From: a virus
Taxonomy: Duplodnaviria > Caudoviricetes
Strand: one strand, 5' to 3'
Virus record (IMG/VR): IMGVR_UViG_3300012933_000246
Location: 1-27,335 of that record
Length of the DNA: 27,335 bases
Position numbers and translations under genes: made by a program. Numbering within the stretch: position 1 is the first letter of the stretch; every line of letters begins with the position of its first letter. A model generated the notes under the pieces. The model searched no databases. It was not told the DNA's origin and saw nothing but the letters and a program-made list of their open reading frames with translations. This document shows positions 16,129 to 23,735 of the stretch, in pieces.

Positions 16129-16418
16129 GCGAAAAGAAAATCGAAGAGCGGTTGGCCAACCGGGCGAAAGCCAAAGGCGGGATAGCCATGAAGTTCGTCA
16201 GCCCGAGTCGAGCTGGTGTGACGGACCGGATCGTGCTGCTGCCAGTGCCACCTGAGCACCGCGAGATCGTGGCCAAGTATTTCAAGATGGTGGAGGTCAA
16301 GGCCAAGGGTGAGGTGCCAAGACCTTTGCAGGTTTATTTCATCAACCAGATCACCGAGCTGGGGCACTGCGCCACTTGGGTCGATTCAGCGGAGGCAGTC
16401 GATGCACTTTTCGCCTAG
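16125..16418 (+). CDS. VRR-NUC domain nuclease
   Basis: EKKIE..L......GG...KFVSP.RAGVTDRIVL...VEVKA.G..PRPLQ. Confidence 0.9.
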   Translation: MSEKKIEERLANRAKAKGGIAMKFVSPSRAGVTDRIVLLPVPPEHREIVAKYFKMVEVKAKGEVPRPLQVYFINQITELGHCATWVDSAEAVDALFA

Positions 16419-17736
16419 ACACGCACAAGAGGTGACGATTGACCGCATGGTCAACAGTCCGTATCAACTGATCGCACTGCGCATGGGCGGCGGCAAGACC
16501 GTGTCGGCACTGACAGCAGCGGACCACCTGATGAACGAGGTGTTCGAGATCAAGAAGGTTTTGGTGGTGGCGCCCAAGCGGGTGGCCGAGCTGGTGTGGC
16601 ACACCGAAGCCAGCAAGTGGGACCACCTGAAGCGGTTGCGTGTGGCCAAGGTCCTTGGCACACCGAAGCAAAGGGCCGAGGCACTGGCCAGCGATGCGGA
16701 CGTGTACGTGATCAACCGTGAGAACTTCTCTTGGCTGGTCAACACCGTGACGCCTTGGCCATTTGACATGGTGGTGATCGACGAGAACCGGGGTTTCAAG
16801 GACCGCAGCAGCCAGTCGTGGAAATCTCTCAAGTCGGTGAGGTCCAAGGTCAAGAAGCTGTTCATCCTGAGCGGCACGCCTGATCCGAACGGTGACCTGT
16901 TGGACCTATGGCCACAGATCAGCATCATGGACAGCGGGCGCAGGCTGGGCACGGGCATCACCAAGTATCGGGACAAGTGGTATTCGCCAGACAAGCGCAA
17001 CGGCACGGTGATCTACAGCTGGAAGCTCAAGGCGGGTGCACGCAACGAGATTCAGACAGCGGTCAAGGACGTGATGGTGAGCGTGGACAGTGGGGTGACG
17101 CTGCCGGGGCGCATCGACAACGTGGTGCCAGTGGCATTCGACATGGCCAGATACCGTGAGCTGGAGCAGACCCTTGTGACGGGCAACGTGGTGGCGGTCA
17201 ACGCCGCAGTGCTGGCCGGCAAGCTGGGGCAGATGGCCAACGGCGCGGTGTACGACGACAACAAGCAGGTGCACGAGATCCACCAAGCCAAGCTCGAGGC
17301 GCTGCAAGAGATCGTGGAACAGGGCGAGCCGGTGTTGTGCTTCACCAGCTACGTGCACGACATGGACCGGATCTTTGAATGGTTCAAGGACGTGACCCGG
17401 TGCAAGGTTGTGAAGTTTGACGGCGAGGCGTCACTGCGCCAGTGGCAGCAAGGCAAGATCGACCTGATGCTGATGCACCCAGCAAGCGGTGGCCACGGCG
17501 TGGACGGCTTGCAGGTGGGTGGCCATGTGATCGTGTGGTTCGGCCTGCCATTCAGCCTTGACCTGTACGAGCAGGCCAACGCACGGATCGAGAGGTCTGG
17601 CCAGACGGATGAGGTTGTGGTGCACCACCTTGTGTCGGTCAACACAATCGATGAAAGAATCATGGCGGTGTTGGCCAACAAGGGCAACATGCAGCAGGCG
17701 TTGTTGGATGCAGTAAACGAAGCAAAGGGGAAGTGA
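16402..17736 (+). CDS. SNF2-family (SF2) phage helicase
   Basis: GGAGG RBS before ATG 16402; MGGGKT, LVVAPKRVA, VVIDE, LSGTP, HPASGGHGVDGLQ, YEQANARIERSGQ. Confidence 0.92.
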   Translation: MHFSPRHAQEVTIDRMVNSPYQLIALRMGGGKTVSALTAADHLMNEVFEIKKVLVVAPKRVAELVWHTEASKWDHLKRLRVAKVLGTPKQRAEALASDADVYVINRENFSWLVNTVTPWPFDMVVIDENRGFKDRSSQSWKSLKSVRSKVKKLFILSGTPDPNGDLLDLWPQISIMDSGRRLGTGITKYRDKWYSPDKRNGTVIYSWKLKAGARNEIQTAVKDVMVSVDSGVTLPGRIDNVVPVAFDMARYRELEQTLVTGNVVAVNAAVLAGKLGQMANGAVYDDNKQVHEIHQAKLEALQEIVEQGEPVLCFTSYVHDMDRIFEWFKDVTRCKVVKFDGEASLRQWQQGKIDLMLMHPASGGHGVDGLQVGGHVIVWFGLPFSLDLYEQANARIERSGQTDEVVVHHLVSVNTIDERIMAVLANKGNMQQALLDAVNEAKGK

Positions 17737-18194
17737 TGTTTAAAGAACGAATTACCAAGGCGCAGGTGTCCAAGAATTTGGGCGAGGTACCGGTCAACGA
17801 GATTGGCGACGTTGACTTCGTGCGAGCGTGCGGCATGGCGGGGGTAAATAACGCGCTGGGGCTATCCATTTGGCGTTGGAGGTATGCAGGTGACACCCGA
17901 GAGGTTTTTCGCATTGCTGAGGCTTTTGTGGAGCTTGGGCACCCGGTCACGGTGGTGTACAAGGTGATGCACCACTTGTCCAAGGACGTGTGCCCCACCT
18001 GCCACGGGCGGGGCTTTGGGATTTTGAAGGGGGCGCCCGTGTTGAGCGACGAGATCTGTGTCGACTGCCGTGGCACTGGGCGTCGAGACCTAGAGGGTGA
18101 AGCAGAAAAAAGTTTGGCCGCTGAAATCGCCCGCCTTGAGCAGGAGATCGCAGCGGCCATCATGAGGAAGCTGGCTAGGCAGCTTGACTTCTAA
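17733..18194 (+). CDS. Putative Q-like late antiterminator with DnaJ-type Zn finger
   Basis: CPTCHGRG...CVDCRGTG; last gene of the replication operon, as for lambda-type Q. Confidence 0.65.
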   Translation: MMFKERITKAQVSKNLGEVPVNEIGDVDFVRACGMAGVNNALGLSIWRWRYAGDTREVFRIAEAFVELGHPVTVVYKVMHHLSKDVCPTCHGRGFGILKGAPVLSDEICVDCRGTGRRDLEGEAEKSLAAEIARLEQEIAAAIMRKLARQLDF

Positions 18195-18573
18195 CGACTT
18201 GCCCGCAGCACGGGCAGATCGGTTTGTCCTCCCGGCGCTTGATAGCGCGGTGGACGGCTGACTGGTTCACGCCTGCCTGCTTGGCAGCCGCGTAGACAGT
18301 CAGTCCAGACTCGACCAAGTCGACGGCCAGCATGGTACGCGATTTGGTGGGCAGGGATTCATGCCCCAAGTCTTTGTCCTTGGACCAGATCGACAGAGCG
18401 GTGTCTGGCCATTGGTCCGGCTTGGATGTGAAGGCCGAGGCCGACATCTTGCCTGCGTTGTCCCATGCCACGAGGTACTTGGTGTCGTCCTGAGCAGCGA
18501 ACGATCGCAGCTTCTCGCGCACGTTGGTCGACCACGGCAGGTCTAGGAATTCATTGAGGTTGAGTTGTTTCAT
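18175..18573 (-). CDS. HTH DNA-binding protein with C-terminal CPCCG
   Basis: GLTVYAAAKQAGVNQSAVHRAIKR HTH; CPCCGQ. Confidence 0.8.
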   Translation of the reverse strand: MKQLNLNEFLDLPWSTNVREKLRSFAAQDDTKYLVAWDNAGKMSASAFTSKPDQWPDTALSIWSKDKDLGHESLPTKSRTMLAVDLVESGLTVYAAAKQAGVNQSAVHRAIKRREDKPICPCCGQVVRSQAA

Positions 18574-18576
18574 TGG

Positions 18577-18741
18577 TCAGTCTTTCGAGATGGGGATGCA
18601 GACATAGCGTTCTTTGATGACCATGCCTTCTTGTTTGGGGATGGCCCGCACGCATTCACCGCGCGAGCTGTAGTTGATGGCGTACTGAGGTTCGCACCTG
18701 CTTGAGCAGAGCATGAAGACAAGGGCCCATGTAGCGGTCAT
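18577..18741 (-). CDS. Small Cys-containing exported-type protein (54 aa)
   Basis: ATG 18741 overlaps the upstream stop; AAAGGA RBS; MTATWALVFMLC... Confidence 0.65.
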   Translation of the reverse strand: MTATWALVFMLCSSRCEPQYAINYSSRGECVRAIPKQEGMVIKERYVCIPISKD

Positions 18742-19004
18742 GGCGTTTCCTTTTTCATAAATTTGATGAGGCCGTCGATGCCACGGCGTTTGTTGGGCGT
18801 GCCCCTGATCCACCACAGGCCAGTGCTTGGCCAGAAGTCGATGGGCTGGCTGCCCTTCATGAGCACCAAGTGGACGCCGTAGTTGTTGGACGTGAACGTC
18901 AGGCCAGCTTCGGTGAGCTGGCGTGTTGAGAACGCAAGGTTGCTGCGCTTTTTCTGGCGCTTGATCTCGCGGTAGCAGGCAAGCCATACGCTGTCGTCAC
19001 TCAT
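18738..19004 (-). CDS. Phage hypothetical protein (IDFWPSTGLW motif)
   Basis: 88 aa, TAATG-coupled; N.GVHLV, DFWPSTG.W, RGI..L pattern seen in small phage proteins. Confidence 0.8.
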   Translation of the reverse strand: MSDDSVWLACYREIKRQKKRSNLAFSTRQLTEAGLTFTSNNYGVHLVLMKGSQPIDFWPSTGLWWIRGTPNKRRGIDGLIKFMKKETP

Positions 19005-19192
19005 TACTTCACCTTGAGCGGTTTGGTGAGCGCGCCTTTGCGCAGGGCCTTGTCATCCCGATAGGCTTTGAGCAAACGCTTGGCCGCGTTCTTGGCCTTC
19101 TGACGTTCACGACTGGTTGCAGCCGTGCCGTCGTATTCGGGCATGTTGAGCAGGGCCTCGAGCACGAGGGCGAAGTCAGCAACGTTTGACAT
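19004..19192 (-). CDS. Hypothetical protein (62 aa)
   Basis: TAATG coupling on both sides. Confidence 0.7.
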   Translation of the reverse strand: MSNVADFALVLEALLNMPEYDGTAATSRERQKAKNAAKRLLKAYRDDKALRKGALTKPLKVK

Positions 19193-19278
19193 TAGAAGGG
19201 TCTCCAGATAAACATGTCGAGCACGAGCACGACGGTGGCAGAGATGTAGGTGGCTGCGAAGATTAGGCGTTCAAACAT
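19192..19278 (-). CDS. 28-aa single-pass membrane peptide, not in the ORF track
   Basis: MFERLIFAATYISATVVLVLDMFIWRPF; AAGGAG RBS; TAATG overlap with the next gene. Confidence 0.7.
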   Translation of the reverse strand: MFERLIFAATYISATVVLVLDMFIWRPF

Positions 19279-19481
19279 GATGGCTCCTTGATCAGATTCA
19301 TTTGGCGGTCGCGAAGGGCGTCGATTTCAGCCCATAGCTTGATGTAGTAGGGGTCGTCGGTTGGCAGGTCCTTGCGTATTGCCAACGTGTCGTAGCAGTC
19401 GATCATGGCCCGACGGCAGGTGTAGTAGTCGTAGTCCTTTACCTTGTTGGTAAAGATTTCGTAGAAGTTGTTGTAGCTCAT
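19263..19481 (-). CDS. Hypothetical protein (72 aa)
   Basis: ATG 19481 overlaps the upstream stop (ATGA). Confidence 0.75.
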   Translation of the reverse strand: MSYNNFYEIFTNKVKDYDYYTCRRAMIDCYDTLAIRKDLPTDDPYYIKLWAEIDALRDRQMNLIKEPSCLNA

Positions 19482-19780
19482 GCGGCTTCCATGTCGTTGG
19501 CCCAATCGATACCCACAGCGTCGATGACAAAGTCTTTGCTGCCTTTGCTGCCGGGCTGTACGTCGTTGCGTGAAGGAATCACGTTGCCGTAGTAGTCGCG
19601 ACCAGACGTAGTGCCCAGCATGCAACGGCCAGACTTGATGGCGTCCATCATGGCGCGGCCGTAGCTGCCTTGTAAACCCCACATGCCGCTGTTGATGGCG
19701 CGTTGGATGCTGAGGTAGTAGTCCAACTCAGAAACTTCTTCGTCTACTTCAATGTTGTTGATGTCGTTTAAGGTAAGCAT
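19478..19780 (-). CDS. Phage hypothetical protein (100 aa; W.LQGSYGR.....I..G.C motif)
   Basis: GGAG RBS before ATG 19780; motif recurrent in phage early proteins. Confidence 0.8.
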   Translation of the reverse strand: MLTLNDINNIEVDEEVSELDYYLSIQRAINSGMWGLQGSYGRAMMDAIKSGRCMLGTTSGRDYYGNVIPSRNDVQPGSKGSKDFVIDAVGIDWANDMEAA

Positions 19781-19822
19781 TTGGATCTCCAAAGTTCCAG
19801 CAACCGGCCGGATCGGTAGTGC

Positions 19823-19870
19823 AACCGCACTGCACAGAGCACCCGGGTGGGTGCCCTGCACGCTACGGTC
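19823..19870 (-). repeat. Intergenic long hairpin, copy 1
   Basis: Shares CGCACTGCACAGAGCAC and GTGCCCTGCACGCT with 20881-20926; begins at the DUF932 stop. Confidence 0.85.
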
Positions 19871-20828
19871 AGGCTGGCAACAGCGCAGACAAGGCGCGTT
19901 GCTTCAGGTCAGCGTTGGTGCCCCACTGAGAGGACACGAAGCGGTTCTCGTCAGTGCGAGCACGAGCGTGGTGGTCAGCGTACTCAGTGAACGCGTTGAG
20001 CATGCCCCAACGAGTACCGAACACACCGTCCATCTCAGCACCCATGCCGGCGCCGTTGAACAACGACATGACCTTCTTGAAGCCAGCAGTCTCGCGGGCT
20101 TTCTCACCGCCACCGAAGACGTCAACAGCGATGGACGCTGCCTCTTCTTCGAGCAACTCGATGTTGGCCAAGCGAGTCACGTTGTGGCGGAAGGCATCCC
20201 ATGCAGCGGTGTTCAAGCCCATGAACTCTTTGACAGAGGCGGGATCGAACACTGAGCGGTGAGACACCTTGACCGAAGCCTTGGCGTCAGCCATTGCCAT
20301 AGCCAGAGTGTTCTTGCACACGGTGCGAACCGTGGTGCGGCGAACCTCAGTGGCCAAGCTGCCGTCGGCGCTGGTGCTGATCAAGATGTAGCCACCGATG
20401 GTGTCGGCGACCGAGGCAGGTGACGCCTCACCGATCTTGGCCGTGGCCCAGAAGCGCTTGCCACCGTAGATGGTGCCAGCAGCAGACAGCTCCAAGCCGC
20501 CAGCGCGGGCGATGTCACGGAAGAACTCGATGACTTCGCCGGGTTGAACGACTTGGTAGCGGCTGGACACAACGCCGAGAGGCGCCTTGGTGTCAGAACG
20601 GAAGAGAACGTGTTGTTCGGGCAACTCAAGCTGTGAGCCGTTGAAGTCCGTGTTGTAGCGAACGATGCCGCGCTTGATGCGCCAGTCCATGCCAGCAGCT
20701 TCGCGCCAAGCATCGAGGCTAGTGCCATCGTCGAGTGCTTGACCCAAGCCGTGCCAAGGTGTGCCGTCCGAAGCAAGGTATGCAAATTCGACGCGGCCGT
20801 CAGCAGAGGTGGTGAGTTCGTGTGCCAT
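19869..20828 (-). CDS. DUF932 family protein (phage/plasmid TIGR03299-like)
   Basis: MAHEL...PWHGLG...AGMDW, LGVVSSRYQVVQ, AG...GGKRFW, S.DGS, TVRTVCKNTL, H, GTRWGMLNAFTEYADH; AGGA RBS before ATG 20828. Confidence 0.92.
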   Translation of the reverse strand: MAHELTTSADGRVEFAYLASDGTPWHGLGQALDDGTSLDAWREAAGMDWRIKRGIVRYNTDFNGSQLELPEQHVLFRSDTKAPLGVVSSRYQVVQPGEVIEFFRDIARAGGLELSAAGTIYGGKRFWATAKIGEASPASVADTIGGYILISTSADGSLATEVRRTTVRTVCKNTLAMAMADAKASVKVSHRSVFDPASVKEFMGLNTAAWDAFRHNVTRLANIELLEEEAASIAVDVFGGGEKARETAGFKKVMSLFNGAGMGAEMDGVFGTRWGMLNAFTEYADHHARARTDENRFVSSQWGTNADLKQRALSALLPA

Positions 20829-20880
20829 GATAAAAATTCCTATTGAGACTGGTTTAGAAGCTGGCCGAAGCCAGAGTGCG

Positions 20881-20926
20881 GATCGCACTGCACAGAGCAC
20901 TTGTCAGTGCCCTGCACGCTGTGATC
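20881..20926 (-). repeat. Intergenic long hairpin, copy 2
   Basis: Direct repeat of 19823-19870 with a different loop and compensatory stem changes. Confidence 0.85.
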
Positions 20927-21143
20927 AGCTGTTTGCGTAACCCCATTCAGGCATTACCCAACCCATCATGGCGCCTTGCATGTCAAGGTCGAGTGCGGTG
21001 CGTTTGACCTCACCGCGCAGATAAGCCTTGTACAGGTCCATCTGTTCGAGCCAGTACGCCTTGAGCGCGCGGCTGGTGTTGTTGGGAAACGGTGTGCCCG
21101 CATACATGTTGATGCGGTCTTGGATGTATTTGATGCCGTCCAT
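20925..21143 (-). CDS. Hypothetical protein (72 aa)
   Basis: GGAGG RBS before ATG 21143. Confidence 0.75.
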   Translation of the reverse strand: MDGIKYIQDRINMYAGTPFPNNTSRALKAYWLEQMDLYKAYLRGEVKRTALDLDMQGAMMGWVMPEWGYANS

Positions 21144-21144
21144 G

Positions 21145-21318
21145 TCAAGCCTCCAGTAGTTCATACGCATCGGCAGTGCCGCAGGCGTCGTTGCGATCGT
21201 CAGTGAAGTAGTCGGCGTTTTCTACGTAGGCGCCGTTCCGGTAGAACTTGACGACGAACTCTTCGTAGTCAAAGTCGTAGAACACAGTGGCCGCAGGGGC
21301 CCGATAAACAACTCTCAT
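21145..21318 (-). CDS. Hypothetical protein (57 aa), not in the ORF track
   Basis: MRVVYRAPAATVFYDFDYEEFVVKFYRNGAYVENADYFTDDRNDACGTADAYELLEA; TAAGGGG RBS. Confidence 0.8.
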   Translation of the reverse strand: MRVVYRAPAATVFYDFDYEEFVVKFYRNGAYVENADYFTDDRNDACGTADAYELLEA

Positions 21319-21328
21319 GATGTACCCC

Positions 21329-21619
21329 TTAAACAGATTTCAAAGCAGTGACCTTGACGCTGGTCACGCTGGTCACGCGTTCAACCAAGCTGACCTTGTC
21401 ACCGAGCATGACCTCGACCTTGCGTGGGTCGTAGCTGGTGCGGTCTTGTTTGACCACAACCGCGCTGAACAGGTCGCCGTCGTAGCTGCTGATGCCGCCT
21501 TCCTTGAGGCGAGTCTTGATCTCGTCAGCTTGTTTTGTCAGGCGGCTGATGTCAGCCAGCAGGCAACCGAGGTTGTCGATGTCGTTTTTGGTGATGGAAG
21601 CGATGGATTTTTTAGCCAT
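21329..21619 (-). CDS. Hypothetical protein (96 aa)
   Basis: TAAGGGG RBS before ATG 21619; N-terminal coiled coil. Confidence 0.8.
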   Translation of the reverse strand: MAKKSIASITKNDIDNLGCLLADISRLTKQADEIKTRLKEGGISSYDGDLFSAVVVKQDRTSYDPRKVEVMLGDKVSLVERVTSVTSVKVTALKSV

Positions 21620-21629
21620 GATGTACCCC

Positions 21630-21977
21630 TTAGATTGACCAATACTTGGAGCTGTTTGCAACAGCACCGCGAGCGAGAAGCAAGTCAGACGCGAGCGCGT
21701 AGATCGTGTCGTCGTAGTCGGTGGGTTCACACGACTGGTAGTCAACGCAGTTCAGCAAACCAAGGATGTCGTTGACCGTAAACAGTTCGAGATCGCTGGG
21801 AGCGCAAGCGTCGAGGTTGACTTTGCGAAAGCGATTGCGTTCCTTGTAGCGCCAGTTAACCGACTTGATGTTTTCACGTTTGAGCGTGTCAGCAATGGTT
21901 TGTTGACGAGCCGGGCTTGAAGCCAGCCATTTGGCGATGACCGCAAATTGACGGTCAGAGCAGATGAATGCAGACAT
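21630..21977 (-). CDS. Phage hypothetical protein (115 aa; EN..SVN.RY, C.DYQSCE motifs)
   Basis: AGGAG RBS before ATG 21977. Confidence 0.8.
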   Translation of the reverse strand: MSAFICSDRQFAVIAKWLASSPARQQTIADTLKRENIKSVNWRYKERNRFRKVNLDACAPSDLELFTVNDILGLLNCVDYQSCEPTDYDDTIYALASDLLLARGAVANSSKYWSI

Positions 21978-21990
21978 GACGCGGCTCCTA

Positions 21991-22185
21991 TTAGATTTGA
22001 GCGCTGGCGTAAGCGTCGACATACTGGACTTCAAAGCCGAGGGCCTTGATAGTGGCGACGTCTTGATTGCTGAACGTCTTGTTGCCGGTGAGTTTGGCAA
22101 GCTGCACAGCAGTGGTGTTGGTTGGATCAGGGTAGATCTTAGGAACACCGTAAACGATTTTGATGGTCAGAAAAACAACTGGCAT
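21991..22185 (-). CDS. Small phage protein (VYG...YP...A.L.G.KT motif), first gene of the early-type operon
   Basis: GGAG RBS before ATG 22185. Confidence 0.8.
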   Translation of the reverse strand: MPVVFLTIKIVYGVPKIYPDPTNTTAVQLAKLTGNKTFSNQDVATIKALGFEVQYVDAYASAQI

Positions 22186-22405
22186 ATCGATCTCCAAAAA
22201 GTATCAAGCTGTCACGGCCGCCTGAATACGCCGCCAAAGAACAGCACGCTGGTCTTTGGTCATCCTTCGCACTCGGCAGTCTTGGGGACTGAGTCTTAGC
22301 GGTCTGGTCTTTAATTTCCCGCGAGGTACTTTGTAATCGACTGGTTTCCTTTTTGTATCCCGCTGAATCCTTGGCGGTGGGGGGCTTTGCTTTCCCCTTG
22401 ACTCA

Positions 22406-22433
22406 AATGTAGCACAGTGACAGTGACTGTCTA
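22406..22433 (-). promoter_or_regulatory. Leftward promoter for the early-type operon
   Basis: TAGACA-N16-TACATT with TGn extension; A/T tract upstream (22444-22456). Confidence 0.5.
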
Positions 22434-22480
22434 GCATTATTTGAAAAATATTTTTTATGTGTTGTTTGACAGCAACAAAG

Positions 22481-22498
22481 TGTTGTAAAAATACAACA
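22481..22498. promoter_or_regulatory. Inverted repeat TGTTGTA-N4-TACAACA
   Basis: Perfect 7-bp arms between the divergent promoters. Confidence 0.5.
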
Positions 22499-22520
22499 AA
22501 GTTTTCTTGACTTTTGCCTG

Positions 22521-22549
22521 TTGACCTTAAATTTCGTTTGAGTTAATAT
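22521..22549 (+). promoter_or_regulatory. Putative late promoter
   Basis: TTGACC-N17-TAATAT upstream of the packaging operon. Confidence 0.65.
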
Positions 22550-22587
22550 CTGCCCGCGTCCGTGCGTCTGCACGAAACCCACAAACC

Positions 22588-22608
22588 GAGCCGCCTTGCG
22601 GCTCTTTT
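22588..22608 (+). terminator. Intrinsic terminator in the late leader (tR'-like)
   Basis: GAGCCGC-CTT-GCGGCTC-TTTT between the promoter and the first late gene. Confidence 0.65.
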
Positions 22609-22624
22609 CACATCTGGAGCCCGT

Positions 22625-22867
22625 ATGGCCAAGACAATTACGATCGAGATTGCCGACGACGGCCAGATCATGGTGATGAGCAGCGAAGGCGGCGAGCCGT
22701 ATCAGTGCGAGAGCATTGACGAGTGCCGTCAGTACGTGGACAACATGTTGGCCGAAGAGGCCGGCGAGAGTCCTAAAGAGCAGGCCACAGAAGGCACCGA
22801 GGAATACGGTGCCATGTGGAATGAAGAGGCGGCCAGCCGCAAACCCCAACCCGGCCTGATGGCCTAA
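22625..22867 (+). CDS. Acidic hypothetical protein (80 aa)
   Basis: GGAG RBS before ATG 22625. Confidence 0.75.
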   Translation: MAKTITIEIADDGQIMVMSSEGGEPYQCESIDECRQYVDNMLAEEAGESPKEQATEGTEEYGAMWNEEAASRKPQPGLMA

Positions 22868-22883
22868 TCCTCGGAGCAATCAC

Positions 22884-23123
22884 ATGCAAGACTATTCAAA
22901 CCCAGCATCACGTAACACTATGCGCGCCGCAGGCGGCTCGCTCAAGAACGGCGCAGCCATCCCCGGCCCCGTTGGCAGCAACCAATCACAAGGCCGTGGC
23001 GAGATCCCCGGCAAAGTGTCTGTGCCAATGCCCGGCACGAACGCTACACAACCAGCCTACAAGGGCGGTGTGGCCAAGACGCCAGTTGGCTTCAACAACG
23101 GCTTGATCAACGGCAAGATCTAA
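22884..23123 (+). CDS. Gly/Pro-rich hypothetical protein (79 aa)
   Basis: GGAG RBS; late operon. Confidence 0.75.
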   Translation: MQDYSNPASRNTMRAAGGSLKNGAAIPGPVGSNQSQGRGEIPGKVSVPMPGTNATQPAYKGGVAKTPVGFNNGLINGKI

Positions 23124-23125
23124 TC

Positions 23126-23311
23126 ATGCCGAGTAAGTCGCCCAAGCAAGCCCGCTTGATGGCGGCCGCTGCGCACAATCCCGCCTTCGCCAAGAAGGTG
23201 GGCGTTCCCGTTTCCACTGCACAAGAGTTCAACAGAGCCGACACTGGGACTGGGTTGCTACGAAAGGCAATGAGAGATGGCAAAGAAAATAGCAAGCAGC
23301 CGAAACGCTGA
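23126..23311 (+). CDS. Small phage protein (MPSKS.KQ.RLMAAAAHNP.FAKKVG)
   Basis: Motif I recall as recurrent in phage late regions; function unknown. Confidence 0.8.
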   Translation: MPSKSPKQARLMAAAAHNPAFAKKVGVPVSTAQEFNRADTGTGLLRKAMRDGKENSKQPKR

Positions 23312-23735
23312 TCTGGCCGGAGCGCCGCCCAAGCTGGCGACCGCTGACGACCTAGAGATGCCAACAGCTGCGAAGACAGGACGCAAGCACGCCAACCAGA
23401 CCAAGAGCAAGAAGCCGATGGGCATCAACCTCAAGGCTGTGGCGGAGGCTTGCATTGAAGAAGGTCTCGACCCTGCGGTCGAGATCGCACGCGCATTGAA
23501 AGCTGAGATCCCGCTGTTCCGCAAGGGCGAGGCAGTGATCGGTGACGATGGCAAACAGGTGATGGTTCCCTTGCTGGACGTCGACACGCGCATGCGCACG
23601 TTGAACGAGTTCTTGCAATACACGCAGCCCAAGCTCAAGAGCGTTGAGGTCAAGATGTCTGGCACGCTAGACCTGACCAGTGAACAGCTCGACAACAGGC
23701 TCAACATGCTGCTTGCCAAGGTGACCAAGAAGTGA
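23277..23735 (+). CDS. terS: Probable terminase small subunit
   Basis: 152 aa directly coupled to terL (GTGA); DP...I and QYTQPKLKSVE segments. The assignment is largely positional. Confidence 0.55.
   Translation: MAKKIASSRNADLAGAPPKLATADDLEMPTAAKTGRKHANQTKSKKPMGINLKAVAEACIEEGLDPAVEIARALKAEIPLFRKGEAVIGDDGKQVMVPLLDVDTRMRTLNEFLQYTQPKLKSVEVKMSGTLDLTSEQLDNRLNMLLAKVTKK

Noticed and set aside
19823-20926. Integron attC sites or transposon ends around DUF932
   Set aside because: No GTTRRRY/RYYYAAC cores, integrase, transposase or target-site duplication.
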